From an uncultured virus (IMG/VR IMGVR_UViG_3300047471_000190) (taxonomy: Duplodnaviria > Heunggongvirae > Uroviricota > Caudoviricetes), in the IMG/VR virus record IMGVR_UViG_3300047471_000190: a DNA stretch of 64,000 nucleotides; one strand, given 5' to 3'. The translations under genes and the position numbers were made by a program. Below the pieces are notes generated by a model. That model was not told the DNA's origin. It saw nothing but the letters and a program-made list of their open reading frames with translations, and searched no databases. Below, in pieces: positions 9,728-20,062 of this stretch (positions within the stretch are counted from its first letter, which is position 1; each line of letters starts with the position of its first letter).

Positions 9728-10387
9728 TTAGGCGGTTTCGACGGTCAGAGATACCCCGGTCGATGTAGGCAGTGCACCAGATTGAGAAATGATGGCAAGC
9801 TCGACGGACGTCAGGAAGAATTCGAATTTGAAAGTCATCGTCATGTCGAGATTGTCCTTGACGTAGCAATTGCCGCGGTTCGGAAACAAGTTAAGCAGGA
9901 TCTGGTTGATGGCAGGTATGGATCCGTCACAGATATTCGCAAGAGCCTTCGCGAAGATCAGTGTTCTATAGGAGCTATCCGTCAGAATAAAATTGTCGTT
10001 GATCTGCTGACCAGTGAAAAATGGTGCTTGATTGAACGGCTGCGCAGGAATTCCTGCTTCTTCAAATCCCAGCCATGTCAGACCAGGAGAGACAACCGAA
10101 AGAGTTCGACTAACGTTGACAATTCGTCCCCACACATCGAGGCCATAGCCTTGCGCGGTATCGACGTTCTGCACGAGATCGAAGAAAGCATCAAAATTGT
10201 CGGTCTGATCGAGATAGGAATCCATGTTCTCGACAAGTCGCGTGAGGATAGGACTGTTCGCATATTGCGACAGCATCGTTCGCCACAAATCGAAGGCTTC
10301 GACACTTCCGATCGGATCCGGACCGCCGATCGACGAAACTCCGATCGTAAAACCACGACGCGCCCTGAAGATATCTGGACCGGTCAT
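9728..10387 (-). CDS. Baseplate wedge protein (DUF2612-like)
   Basis: SQYANSPIL, DTAQGYGLDVWGRIV, L.D..YRTLI.AKALAN. Confidence 0.85.
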   Translation of the reverse strand: MTGPDIFRARRGFTIGVSSIGGPDPIGSVEAFDLWRTMLSQYANSPILTRLVENMDSYLDQTDNFDAFFDLVQNVDTAQGYGLDVWGRIVNVSRTLSVVSPGLTWLGFEEAGIPAQPFNQAPFFTGQQINDNFILTDSSYRTLIFAKALANICDGSIPAINQILLNLFPNRGNCYVKDNLDMTMTFKFEFFLTSVELAIISQSGALPTSTGVSLTVETA

Positions 10388-11814
10388 GTCGTGGTCACAG
10401 CGATATTGTCGGCGTTTATGGTTGGCACCTGGTCGGCGTTAACATCCAAGGAGACCAACGTTGGCTTTACCCCCTTCATCGCTCTACTCGAAACGGTGAG
10501 AGTTTTGTTGATCGCCCACGTCGACCCTGAACCGCTCAAGATGACGGTGCCGGCTGGAATGGCGCCGAGCAAATCGGATATCGTCTGCCCGATCGCAACT
10601 GTGCCCGTAACGGCAGATGTCGTCAGAGTTGATCCCGCTATCGAACCGGTGAAACTGGCATCTGGAGTATTATTTGATCCAACCAGAATCGAAATGACAT
10701 TAGGCCATGAACCGAGAGAGCTTATAGGACCGTAGTATCTACTTGAGTATATCGTTGAAGCTATCTGCGCTCTCGTCCCGCCGTCAGCGCCGGCGAATGC
10801 GGAAATGATAGCTGTCTGAATTTGTGCTATCGCGTTCGATGGAATTTGAGCGTTGTTCGCGAGCACTACCGCAAACAGGATTGCGAGCGAAGCAGGTCGT
10901 TCAAACGAGACAGCATAGGACGGCAGCGGTGGAGAATAACCAGAATTGCTGTCAAAGACAGTAACCGTGGTGTTGCCATTATAGCCACAGCCCGGTGCCT
11001 TCTTGCTCCAGATCGCTTGCGCTACGTCTGAGTCAATGCCGCCGACAGCCGAAACATAGAGTGATTTTGCCGCGACCGACACCCCTCTGATCGTGACCGG
11101 AGAACTTGCGGTGTTTTCCGTGACGTAGGCATCGAGGATGTCGGCAACGCTGAGAACCGCGCCGCGGACTGACGGTAGAGAACCACGTGCGTTCAGTGCG
11201 ACGGAGGCAGAGCGACGACGTTCGAATTCGGCTCGGCCCTCGACCACTCTACCGAGCACACCATCAGTTGGATTGGTGATGCTGTCCCAGCCCGGAATAG
11301 ACCTGAAGATTGTCGTCAAGCTTCCGGCCGGACACGGAATCGGCCCGTCAGTGCTGCACTCAAAAGTAAGGGTGATGTTTCCGATAGCTGGGATACCGGT
11401 GATGGGATCGGTGCCGTCAGTGCAGGTGTAAATCAATCCGTCCGCGGACTTCGCTTGTGCGCCAGCTGGAATGATGACGCCCTGACCTCCGGTGCATAGC
11501 GCCTCAACCACGGTAGGAAGCGCTGGATTCCTCGACAGAAAATAAATACGAGCTATCGCATCCTGTCCTCGACCTGTTGCGTAGGCCGGGTCAAATTGAT
11601 GGAACAGGTTTACTGTTTCGTCGTTTTTGTTTCCGATCAGAGCGGTAGTCGACGTTGCGAGTTGGCCGAGACCGGTCGTCAGAGCAGGATTGACGCCGCC
11701 CCCGAACGCATTATTGATGTCCGTCTGCACGCCGGCGAGAACAGATTGCTCTGAAGGCACGACGAAACCAACGTCGGTATAGATGAGACCCGGAACATTT
11801 GTTGTTACTGCCAT
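10384..11814 (-). CDS. Baseplate J/gp47-like protein
   Basis: FDPAYATGRGQDAIARIYFLSR, TIFRSIPGWDSITNP, AIWSKKAPGC. Confidence 0.9.
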   Translation of the reverse strand: MAVTTNVPGLIYTDVGFVVPSEQSVLAGVQTDINNAFGGGVNPALTTGLGQLATSTTALIGNKNDETVNLFHQFDPAYATGRGQDAIARIYFLSRNPALPTVVEALCTGGQGVIIPAGAQAKSADGLIYTCTDGTDPITGIPAIGNITLTFECSTDGPIPCPAGSLTTIFRSIPGWDSITNPTDGVLGRVVEGRAEFERRRSASVALNARGSLPSVRGAVLSVADILDAYVTENTASSPVTIRGVSVAAKSLYVSAVGGIDSDVAQAIWSKKAPGCGYNGNTTVTVFDSNSGYSPPLPSYAVSFERPASLAILFAVVLANNAQIPSNAIAQIQTAIISAFAGADGGTRAQIASTIYSSRYYGPISSLGSWPNVISILVGSNNTPDASFTGSIAGSTLTTSAVTGTVAIGQTISDLLGAIPAGTVILSGSGSTWAINKTLTVSSRAMKGVKPTLVSLDVNADQVPTINADNIAVTTT

Positions 11815-11815
11815 G

Positions 11816-12166
11816 TCAGAACGCCGCCGCTGTTACGACGCCGTTTGCGTCGGTGATCTGGACCTGTCCGGTAACGCGGCGATCGGCAACTGAAGTGATG
11901 AACACCGTTGCCGAGACGACACCCGGCACCAGGAGCGCCTGACTGATGAACTTCTGTTTCATGTAGTTGATGTTTGGCGCTTTTCCGAACAGGGTTTGAA
12001 AATATGGCACGCCGAGCGTCGTGTTGTAATAGCACTCTCCGATGAAGGTACGGATTGCACTCGCAGCATCCTGCGCCATCGAATATGGATCGGACGCCAT
12101 CGCCAGATCGCCATTGACGTCGAGCACGAAATCCCAAGCTGTCACATCCAAAAGCGCGGTTCTCAT
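11816..12166 (-). CDS. Baseplate wedge/sheath initiator (gp25/gp46-like)
   Basis: WD..LD..GDLA, TFIGECYYNTTLGVPY, VPGV motifs. Confidence 0.8.
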   Translation of the reverse strand: MRTALLDVTAWDFVLDVNGDLAMASDPYSMAQDAASAIRTFIGECYYNTTLGVPYFQTLFGKAPNINYMKQKFISQALLVPGVVSATVFITSVADRRVTGQVQITDANGVVTAAAF

Positions 12167-12876
12167 GGTGTTGGTCCGCCAGATGTTCCGCCGCCAGTCG
12201 TGACGCCAGTATGCTTATGCGACTTGAGACCGATTGTTCCGGCGATGACTTCGCCACTGGTGTCGAAGTTGCCGCTGAAGCGGCTTCCACCGACGTTCGT
12301 AATCGATCCCGATAACTGCATGCCGGATTCCATCACGGTGAGACCGTTGAATTGAACCTGACCAGTAAACACCCATCCTGATAATCCGGACACCAGACTA
12401 TTGCTGTTCTTGTCGTGCAGCTCCATTCCGGTGTCGGTGAACTTGATGGTCTGCTCCGGATCTCCGTTCAGAATTCCGCCAATATAAATTCCGTCAGCGG
12501 CATCGAGCTGGCGATCGGATCCTGGATTGGCGATCGCCTTTGCGGCGACCACGGACGAGATGTCGCGATCGGAGCACACCATGATTCCGATGTCGTCGAC
12601 GACAGGATCGGCCACGATAGCATTCTTGCCGAACTGCCATTGCCAGTACGGAATACCGAGGATCACTCCATGTGGAGTTGACCTGCTGTTGCCGTCGAGC
12701 TGGTTCACCATCGGCTGCACGTCGACTGTCTTCGCAGCGGTGTCAACCACCTTTACCTTGACAATCTTCATGGTCGATATTCTGGAGATTAGCTGCGCAA
12801 TGACAAATGCGTGCGGATTGAAATCCCCGACGCTGTCGTTCGGATCTTGCTGGCCAAATCCGCTATCGTCAGCCAT
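12163..12876 (-). CDS. Baseplate central spike (Gp138/gpV-like)
   Basis: VDVQPMVNQ, DRDISSV, C-terminal HKHTGV..GGGTSGGP metal-binding tip. Confidence 0.85.
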   Translation of the reverse strand: MADDSGFGQQDPNDSVGDFNPHAFVIAQLISRISTMKIVKVKVVDTAAKTVDVQPMVNQLDGNSRSTPHGVILGIPYWQWQFGKNAIVADPVVDDIGIMVCSDRDISSVVAAKAIANPGSDRQLDAADGIYIGGILNGDPEQTIKFTDTGMELHDKNSNSLVSGLSGWVFTGQVQFNGLTVMESGMQLSGSITNVGGSRFSGNFDTSGEVIAGTIGLKSHKHTGVTTGGGTSGGPTP

Positions 12877-12877
12877 T

Positions 12878-13765
12878 TTACTTCGCCGGAGTCGGATGTT
12901 TGGGATTGTAGGCCATGATCGTCGAATCCCACTTTCCGTTCGGGGTTTCTGACTCGAGCGCGTGCGAGAGGCCATAGATGGCCCATTGCCCTGTCGTCAA
13001 TACCGAACTTTCCACGCTGACCTGCTGACCCAGGCCGAACGTCGAGTCATACAGATTTTTGACCATGATGCCGTAGGCCGTATAGGTCGGATATCCCTGC
13101 ATGCTGCCCTTCGGAGGAGGAGCGATCACCGGAATTTTCCCGCCGGTTCGCACGCCGTTCTTTGGCCAAATCGCCAGCGTACCGCCCTCGCCGGCATTCC
13201 ATGAAATTCCGGCTTGCTTCACGACGCGTTGCGCTTGCTCACGCAATGAGCCGGAGTAATAGCTGTTCGGCAATTTCGTTTGCACGCCGGAGTTTTCGAA
13301 CCGCAGCCCCATCTTGGTGGCATAGCCCGCCATGATCGTTGCGACGTCGGCCGGCCCCTTGAAGCTGGAGGCTTCCGCCGGCGCCGTGGCGAACGCAGCC
13401 AACGTGTGCGCCGAGATGTGAAAGGCGACTTCAGGCTGAGCATTGAAGTCTGCATAGGCTGCGATGATGTAACCCTGAAAGGCAGTCGTCATGTTGCCAC
13501 CGAATTCACCAGCAGTCAGCGTGATGGCGTTCTTCGGCACTAGGTTGATCTGCACGCCAAGCGTCGACAGCTGATTCATCTCCGACTTCGTCATGCCGTA
13601 GATCGTCAAATCAAGAGTGCCGTCGGACAATCCGCCGGCGTTCTGAATTTGCGCCGACATCCTCAAGCCGGCTGGCAGCTCGACCGCGTTGCCACCCTCT
13701 TTGAAGGTGGCTCCGCTGGCAGCCAGCGATATCTTGGCGCCGAGAGCGCGTCTTACCAGCGCCAT
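12878..13765 (-). CDS. Baseplate hub protein
   Basis: L.IYGM, ITLTAG, FQG.I, M.GYP motifs; synteny. Confidence 0.75.
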   Translation of the reverse strand: MALVRRALGAKISLAASGATFKEGGNAVELPAGLRMSAQIQNAGGLSDGTLDLTIYGMTKSEMNQLSTLGVQINLVPKNAITLTAGEFGGNMTTAFQGYIIAAYADFNAQPEVAFHISAHTLAAFATAPAEASSFKGPADVATIMAGYATKMGLRFENSGVQTKLPNSYYSGSLREQAQRVVKQAGISWNAGEGGTLAIWPKNGVRTGGKIPVIAPPPKGSMQGYPTYTAYGIMVKNLYDSTFGLGQQVSVESSVLTTGQWAIYGLSHALESETPNGKWDSTIMAYNPKHPTPAK

Positions 13766-14091
13766 CAGCCGACACCAGGGGGAAGCTCTGAAGCTTCGAT
13801 GTAGACAAGTTGAAATCTGGATCCGAGGCCGGTGTAGTCCGGGTCGACCGGAGAACTTCCAGCTGTGTCAAAAAATGCAAGATCGCCTGCAAAGCCCAGA
13901 TAGAGATCACGAACGATTCGATTTGCATGTTGGCAGATCACGCTCAGAACGATGACCTGCTGTCCGTTAAGAAAGACGTCGATGTAGAGACCGCTTGCGA
14001 GCTGATAGATGTTCAGGTCGCAACTCTGACCCGCGAGCGGTACTGTGAACGATTGATTGGGGACCGCCTGCAGCGGAATAATCTCTGCCAT
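13765..14091 (-). CDS. Baseplate plug-like protein
   Basis: IPLQAVPNQSF...YLGFAGDLAFFDT...GLGSRFQLVY. Confidence 0.75.
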   Translation of the reverse strand: MAEIIPLQAVPNQSFTVPLAGQSCDLNIYQLASGLYIDVFLNGQQVIVLSVICQHANRIVRDLYLGFAGDLAFFDTAGSSPVDPDYTGLGSRFQLVYIEASELPPGVG

Positions 14092-14819
14092 CAGGGTAAT
14101 GCATCCGAAAGGTTGAACTGGCCTGGAGACGCCGTCACGGGCTGCACCACGCCACCATTTAGCGGGCTTGCGGCGCTTGGTGATTGCGGGGATACGATCG
14201 CAGCAGTTCCCGTGAAGCGATCTGAGAACGTCGTTCCTGTGCTTGAGGAAGCGGCCGTCGACCCGGCTGTCGAAGCATTTGCCGCCGTCGAATTGGTGTT
14301 CGTCGTGAACGTCGAGGACGACAGGACCCGAACTTCCTCGCAAAAAATATCGACAGTCAGTAGGCCCACGCCATTCTGCGCCGTGCGCCGATAATCCATG
14401 TGAACAGGGTTGACGCTTTGATAGATCGCCTCCGGGCTGACTGCGTCCATCAAATCGAGCGAAGCCATGGCTGCCTCTGCGCTTTCCAGAAGCGCCTGCC
14501 TGTCGGCTGGACTGCCGCCGGTCGAAAAGCGCAACCGGACTTCGCGCGGCCTCTGCACTTTGTTGTAGCTCTCAAAACCGCCCTCCTCGACCTGAAAGTC
14601 TGAGATCCTTGCGGTCTTCTGAAATTCGAACGAAATTACCGATTCCGCAGTCACCACTGCTTGCCCATCGAGGAATAGGCCCCAGGTCGGGCTGCCGAGG
14701 CCGGAGAACAGCGATAGCGCGTCCGTCAGTAGCAGCTCCACCACGGCGCCGATCGCGCCTGGTGCCCTCGGTATCGCCGGGATACCCGGTGCAAAGGGAA
14801 TGTCGGGGAAACCAACCAT
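14091..14819 (-). CDS. Tail tube initiator/baseplate protein (Dit-like)
   Basis: ISDFQVEEGGFESYNKV motif; directly follows the tape measure. Confidence 0.7.
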   Translation of the reverse strand: MVGFPDIPFAPGIPAIPRAPGAIGAVVELLLTDALSLFSGLGSPTWGLFLDGQAVVTAESVISFEFQKTARISDFQVEEGGFESYNKVQRPREVRLRFSTGGSPADRQALLESAEAAMASLDLMDAVSPEAIYQSVNPVHMDYRRTAQNGVGLLTVDIFCEEVRVLSSSTFTTNTNSTAANASTAGSTAASSSTGTTFSDRFTGTAAIVSPQSPSAASPLNGGVVQPVTASPGQFNLSDALP

Positions 14820-16271
14820 TTACTGCTGCCCACTGTTGGCTTGCGCGGTGAAAGACTGCTTTTTGACAGCCGCGGCGAACGAACTGGCCCATGCGTCCGG
14901 ACTGGGTCCGGCCGGCGGTGTCACATTGATCGGGCCATTGATGTTGACTTCGGTCGTCGACGTGGAAGAAGTGGCCCCGCCGCCGCGCTCAATCCCCTCC
15001 CACTCACCGACGCCAACGCGCGCAGCGCCATGATAGGCACTCCAACCGTGCTTCTTGGCTTCATTGAGAGCGAACGAGATTCCGGCCCGCTCGTTGGCGG
15101 GGTTGGAAGGATCGAGGCCAGTTGCCGCGCGAAACTGGTCTCCGACCGCGCGGCCGCGGCCGCCGGGCGTGACGTGCAGCTGGAAAGCCCCGAATGATGT
15201 TTCATTGTCGCCCGAAAACTGAGTGAAGCCCTCACTCTTGGCAACCTGCATTGCAACATTCGGATTGATGTTGAGTCGAGCGGCTTCGGAGCGAATGAAC
15301 TGTTCCTTTTCGGCCTGCGATACGAACGCGCCGCTCGTGACCGGATTGTTCGTGTTTGCCCCGAGAATATTGGAACCGGGTCCGGTGCCGCTACCGTTGC
15401 CGCGGTTCTGTCCAAGAGCTTTTCGATTTGGATTATTCAGATAGGCCCACGCGTCGCCCGGAGTCATGTTCAGGATATCGGCCAGCTCCATAATTCCGGA
15501 AGCGACGCCACCCTCACCTCCGAGCACCTTGCGACCGAGAGATTCGGCCTTCAGGCCCATCATCCCCATGCGCTTTTCGAGTTCTCCGAATGCGTCGGTG
15601 TCGGCCGTGGTCGCGACGCCGATCTTTGCGACCAGGTCGAGCACCTTCTGAAGGTTGCCAGTTATCATGGCGTCGTACAGAGCAGGGTCGAGGCCGATCT
15701 TGCGGCCGAGCAGGCCGGCTTGCGCAGGATCACGCGAATTGATGTTGCGCAGGTTCTCTGCGAGATCGAGATAGGATTGCTCGACGCCCTTGTTGATATC
15801 GATCACTTTGCCGCCGGCGGTCGATATCGCCCGCAAGTCCGCGATCAGCGGCGACACCATGCCGATTTTCCAGCCGGCGAATGCGTCCGATATAGACGTG
15901 AACGATTGCGCCATTTGCTCAGCGTCGCCGCCGAAGATTCGGGCGACGCCCTGCCACTTGCTGATGGTTGCCGCGGACTGGCCCAAATTGCGCTCGAGGC
16001 GCCCAAGAGATGCGTTGGCATGAGTGAGCTGCGTTGCAAAGGTGACGACGCCGGCGCCGCCGGTCAGCACCGCCAGCATTTCCAAAGCTTGAGTCTTGAT
16101 GCCGCCGATCGCGCTGCTAGCTCGACCGGCGCCATATTCGATATTCTTGGCAGCCTTGACTTGCTGTTCCTCAAGTCGCTTGGCTGTCTCTAATGCCTCG
16201 CGCTGCTGCAGCGTGAATTTCGAAGCATCGAGCCCGAGTTCGACGACGAGGCTATCGATAACAGTTGGCAT
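14820..16271 (-). CDS. Tape measure protein with C-terminal lysozyme/transglycosylase-like domain
   Basis: MPTVIDSLVVELGLDASKF start, helical body, VAKSEG...SFGAFQL. Confidence 0.8.
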   Translation of the reverse strand: MPTVIDSLVVELGLDASKFTLQQREALETAKRLEEQQVKAAKNIEYGAGRASSAIGGIKTQALEMLAVLTGGAGVVTFATQLTHANASLGRLERNLGQSAATISKWQGVARIFGGDAEQMAQSFTSISDAFAGWKIGMVSPLIADLRAISTAGGKVIDINKGVEQSYLDLAENLRNINSRDPAQAGLLGRKIGLDPALYDAMITGNLQKVLDLVAKIGVATTADTDAFGELEKRMGMMGLKAESLGRKVLGGEGGVASGIMELADILNMTPGDAWAYLNNPNRKALGQNRGNGSGTGPGSNILGANTNNPVTSGAFVSQAEKEQFIRSEAARLNINPNVAMQVAKSEGFTQFSGDNETSFGAFQLHVTPGGRGRAVGDQFRAATGLDPSNPANERAGISFALNEAKKHGWSAYHGAARVGVGEWEGIERGGGATSSTSTTEVNINGPINVTPPAGPSPDAWASSFAAAVKKQSFTAQANSGQQ

Positions 16272-16272
16272 C

Positions 16273-16506
16273 TCAAGACCTCGGCGGATTCAGAACGCGG
16301 CGATTGTGCGCGTCGACGGCGGCGATCTCGATCATGTCGTAACAATCTCGCAAACCGTACACCGTCGACAATTCGTGCAGCGTCGCCATCCGTAAGCTGA
16401 TGACCGTGCCGATTATTCTGGAGACGTTGACGTAGTCGGCGAGTTCAAATTCATGGCCGAGGTCGTTAGTTTCAATTTTTGGACGAACTCGGCCAGTGTA
16501 AAACCC
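16273..16506 (-). CDS. Tail assembly chaperone, -1 frameshift extension
   Basis: Open in the -1 frame from the slippery site; ATLHELSTVYGL.D.YDM.EI motif. Confidence 0.7.
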   Translation of the reverse strand, partial: GFYTGRVRPKIETNDLGHEFELADYVNVSRIIGTVISLRMATLHELSTVYGLRDCYDMIEIAAVDAHNRRVLNPPRS

Positions 16507-16910
16507 ACATGAAGCTCCAGGATGGTCTGGCGCAATATCGCCAGCGTCGAGACTTCCTCGACCAACTGAGGATTCCACGGAATCGTAATGGTAACGCCGG
16601 CAGCATTCTCCCCGGCCGGCGGCAGGTACTGCACGCACGCCGGCAGCATCTCGCGCCAAAGCGGCAACACTTCCTCCTGCCTCGCGCCCATGAACGCCTG
16701 GTAGCCGACGATCGCCGCACCGATCAGCCCCGCATCCGCCATTTCTTGCGGAACGATAAAGCCCGAGGTACCAAGCGCCATCAGCGCGCGGAGTCCCCAT
16801 TCTTCGGCCTGGACCGCTGAGACTTCGGTGATGATGAAAGTCTTGCCGGCGTCGCGGTTCTCGATGCCGTCGGCCGGTTTATCGATGGTTACGTTTCTGC
16901 TTCTACGCAT
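16413..16910 (-). CDS. Tail assembly chaperone
   Basis: RDAGKTF.ITE.SA.QAEEW, EEVSTL..LR...LELH; lies between tube and TMP. Confidence 0.8.
   Translation of the reverse strand: MRRSRNVTIDKPADGIENRDAGKTFIITEVSAVQAEEWGLRALMALGTSGFIVPQEMADAGLIGAAIVGYQAFMGARQEEVLPLWREMLPACVQYLPPAGENAAGVTITIPWNPQLVEEVSTLAILRQTILELHVGFTLAEFVQKLKLTTSAMNLNSPTTSTSPE
16500..16506 (-). other. Programmed -1 ribosomal frameshift heptamer G GGT TTT
   Basis: X XXY YYZ in the chaperone frame; the -1 frame is the open 16273 ORF. Confidence 0.75.
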
Positions 16911-17339
16911 TCAGCTCGGCGTCGGGACGACGCGCTCCCATGTGATCGTGTGCTTGCGGGACTGCAGCACTTTCTTTGCATCCGGAATCGGCTGCCAGAT
17001 CGACAGGAAGCCGCGGGTCATCGTCCACTTGGTCCCGACCGACGTCAAGAGCACCACACCGTTGATGACATACTTCGTCTGGTCGGACTTTTCCCGCAGC
17101 GCGACCTGGTCGAAGAAGAAGTTCGCCGGCGAATCCGCCATGAGGGCATAAGCCTGTTTGGTCGGCATGTTGACGAAACCAGATGTCAGATGACCGTCGA
17201 CACCCATTTCCTCCTGACCAACCTGGATAGGATCGGTGCCGAAGATATCGTCAGCCGCGAATTGCTGCAGCTGGTATGGAGCAGGAAACAGCAACGGAAC
17301 GCTGAGAAGGATTGTCGCATTGGCGGACGTGATGTTCAT
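16911..17339 (-). CDS. Tail tube protein (DUF3277-like)
   Basis: ITSANA, FAADD, MGVDG.L..G, L.ADSP; follows the sheath. Confidence 0.85.
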   Translation of the reverse strand: MNITSANATILLSVPLLFPAPYQLQQFAADDIFGTDPIQVGQEEMGVDGHLTSGFVNMPTKQAYALMADSPANFFFDQVALREKSDQTKYVINGVVLLTSVGTKWTMTRGFLSIWQPIPDAKKVLQSRKHTITWERVVPTPS

Positions 17340-17378
17340 CGTTTCGATTCCTTGCGAAAGAGAAAGAAGGTGGCGCGC

Positions 17379-19130
17379 TTACTGCAGCACGATCGATGCC
17401 ATGTCGAATTCCTGAACAGACTCGCCATCCACATAGTAGAACGTCATCGGAGGAGACCCGCGCGCCTGACGAACTTCCGGCGTTGCCGTTCCGATGTCGA
17501 GATACCAGCCCTGATTTGTCAGCGTGTCAGCGATATTCTTGCCGGCGCGCGCGTTGACGGCAGCGATTTGAGATCCGGACAGTATCACTCCGGCACGATA
17601 TGCGCCGAAGTCCAAGAACTTGTTGATGGTGTCGGCGAGCGAAGCCTCGATCAGGGCGCGGCCAGCGGCGTTGTATGGAATCGAAAATGCGCTCTGCAGC
17701 AGGCCGACCAGCGCAGTTCGGAACGAGTTATTGATGGCGATCTGGTTGCAGTAGGTATCCATCCAGATGAAATCGCCGGACACGACACCGTCGGCGTACC
17801 AGATGAAAGACCCGTCGGCGTCGCCGTAGGCTCCATACGAATTGTAGCCGTTCGCCTTCAGGTTATCGAAGACCGTCTGATCCGTGACACCCGGTACCAG
17901 GCCGGATTGCTGACGGAATTTGAAGACAACGCGGCCGTTGAGCTGATCGAAATCGATCGAGCCGGCCGTGCCACATACGAAGGCCGCGAGGTTGCCGTAG
18001 TCGATCGCCGCGGTTGGATTGACCAGGTCGGTCGATGGCGGCTGCCAGTTGCACGATACCCCGTCGATGCCGGCTCCTGCAATTCTTTTGGCCAGACAGC
18101 TCGTCGCCGGCACCGTCACGGTCGGGGCCGCATCGTCATCAATAGCGGCGAACGCATACCGGTCATTTTGTGTCGCGTTCCACGTCGCAAAGGCAAAACG
18201 AATGTCGTTGCCGCTGACATCAGGATTGAAATTCAGCATCCATGTCGCAAAGCCGCGGTTGCTTGCGACCAGCGCTGACATGAACGCCCCCGGCGTCGCG
18301 GCGATAGCTCCTTGCGAAAGAACCGCGCCCGTCGCCGACGTGAGCAACAGGTCGGTTGCCATGGCGCCGGAGCCGAAGGTGATTGTCGAAGACGCGCCAG
18401 TCGTCGCAGAATTGATGACAAATCCACCGGAGACGCTGTCGTAGGCCACAGCGGGAGCATGGCCCGTGATGGTGGTCGACCCGGCCGTCTGGCTCTTGTC
18501 GACAAGATAGGTACCGAGGCCGCCGGCAGGACCCGTCAGCTGCGACAAGATCGTCGTATCCGCCGTCACGCCGGTTCCGGTGATGATCTGGCCTGGCGCA
18601 AAGGCGCCGGTCAAGGCAGACGCGGCCGTGAAGGTCGTCGTCGAGATCGAGCCAGTGGCGCTAGCGGACACCGCACCCTCGATGTCGAGCGTCTCGGCGA
18701 TGATGATAGCTGCATTCGTAAAGGACGTCGCTCCGCTGAGATTGACCGATCCTGTTTTCAGGACGCCGTCGATCGTGATGCTGAGCGTCCCGGTAAAGGC
18801 CTGCAGCTGCGTCAGCGTGAGGCCGGAGACATTGCCGCCGCGAATATATGCCGCAACGTTCGCAAGCGGATATTGCGCAAAGAGAATTGAGCGCGGCTTT
18901 TTGTTCGAGTTGTCGAAGCCCGCGAAATAGTGAACAGCGTTGCTCCATTCGAGCGTATTGAAGCCGAAGAAGTTGCCGACCGCATCCGCAGAATTGAACG
19001 ATGCCACGGTGCCGATCGGAACCCTCGTGTTTGTGGTCAGCACCAGGCCGATCAGCGCTTCCGATGAGCCGCCGGCGGGCAGCACCGCGGGGGTAACTCG
19101 GACGACTTCTGCGACGGGAATCGTGCTCAT
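17379..19130 (-). CDS. Tail sheath protein (DUF3383-like)
   Basis: V.VTP.VL.AGG, FKFRQQSGL, NGYNSYGAY, IPYN.AG, RQARGSPP. Confidence 0.9.
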   Translation of the reverse strand: MSTIPVAEVVRVTPAVLPAGGSSEALIGLVLTTNTRVPIGTVASFNSADAVGNFFGFNTLEWSNAVHYFAGFDNSNKKPRSILFAQYPLANVAAYIRGGNVSGLTLTQLQAFTGTLSITIDGVLKTGSVNLSGATSFTNAAIIIAETLDIEGAVSASATGSISTTTFTAASALTGAFAPGQIITGTGVTADTTILSQLTGPAGGLGTYLVDKSQTAGSTTITGHAPAVAYDSVSGGFVINSATTGASSTITFGSGAMATDLLLTSATGAVLSQGAIAATPGAFMSALVASNRGFATWMLNFNPDVSGNDIRFAFATWNATQNDRYAFAAIDDDAAPTVTVPATSCLAKRIAGAGIDGVSCNWQPPSTDLVNPTAAIDYGNLAAFVCGTAGSIDFDQLNGRVVFKFRQQSGLVPGVTDQTVFDNLKANGYNSYGAYGDADGSFIWYADGVVSGDFIWMDTYCNQIAINNSFRTALVGLLQSAFSIPYNAAGRALIEASLADTINKFLDFGAYRAGVILSGSQIAAVNARAGKNIADTLTNQGWYLDIGTATPEVRQARGSPPMTFYYVDGESVQEFDMASIVLQ

Positions 19131-19142
19131 CTGGATTTCCTT

Positions 19143-19715
19143 TTACGGTGCGGTGATTGTTGAGTTCGGCCAGCCAGCAGAATCGGTCTCGACATCGATA
19201 ATATCGAGCACGAGCGTTTGCGCAGATTGTGCCGGCGTGATGATCGTCTGGTTCACCTGAAGATTCGCTTCGAGGATATAGCGGTCTTCGTATTGCTGTT
19301 CGCCGCTGATAAACGGCATGTTGCGCGGATCGTCCGCGTAGAGCGGCGCGATGGTGTCGCCAAGGCCGGCGAAGAAGTCGACCGCGTAACTTGATCGAAA
19401 CATCGTCTGCACTATCGACGCGTTGTCGAGTGCGGAGGATCCATGCACATCAAGCTGAATCGTGCATTGGGAAGGCGTCATGTACGTTGCGGCGAGACCA
19501 GCCGAGGCCTGCGCTTCAGAGGTGGTCGCCAGCCGCGGCATACGCAGCGGCCAAAACACGATGTAATTATCCTCAATCGGTTCAGGGACGCGATTGTCCT
19601 GCCCCGCCACCACGACAAACGGTACGTCGGGCCCGGTGCTCTGCAGCGGCAGCACGTTTTGCAGAAACGCGCGGATCGCTGCGAAGATGTCATCTTCGTT
19701 CGGCGATACGATCAT
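19143..19715 (-). CDS. Tail terminator/neck protein
   Basis: GQDNRVPEP, IQLDVHG, APLYADDP, GEQQYEDR. Confidence 0.75.
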   Translation of the reverse strand: MIVSPNEDDIFAAIRAFLQNVLPLQSTGPDVPFVVVAGQDNRVPEPIEDNYIVFWPLRMPRLATTSEAQASAGLAATYMTPSQCTIQLDVHGSSALDNASIVQTMFRSSYAVDFFAGLGDTIAPLYADDPRNMPFISGEQQYEDRYILEANLQVNQTIITPAQSAQTLVLDIIDVETDSAGWPNSTITAP

Positions 19716-20047
19716 TTGTAATAGCTGATGTTCAGCTTGGCGCTTGCCGTCTGCTCGATGAATTTTATCTTCAAAAGTGGTCCGGTGTAGACTAGCGGAA
19801 AATCCGCAACGGCCATTGGCTGGCCAACGGTGGCCGAAGGATCGGTGCCGTCGTCACGGTATCGCACCGCCTGCGTTTCTGCGCGGATGACGGCAGTTGT
19901 GGCGCCTGTCGGCACCGTCAAAGCCGTAGCAGTCGATAGGCTGGTGATCTGCTGGTAGCCGAGCGCGGCATAACGAACACCGGAATCAGCGATCGCCTGA
20001 GTGCCAACAAGCAGCAACGCCGCGGCGAGCGCGATGATCTTCTTCAT
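19712..20047 (-). CDS. Small beta-rich protein with Sec signal peptide
   Basis: MKKIIALAAALLLVGTQAIA|D; translationally coupled to the tail terminator. Confidence 0.75.
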   Translation of the reverse strand: MKKIIALAAALLLVGTQAIADSGVRYAALGYQQITSLSTATALTVPTGATTAVIRAETQAVRYRDDGTDPSATVGQPMAVADFPLVYTGPLLKIKFIEQTASAKLNISYYK

Positions 20048-20062
20048 GAGAAACCTCTTGGG

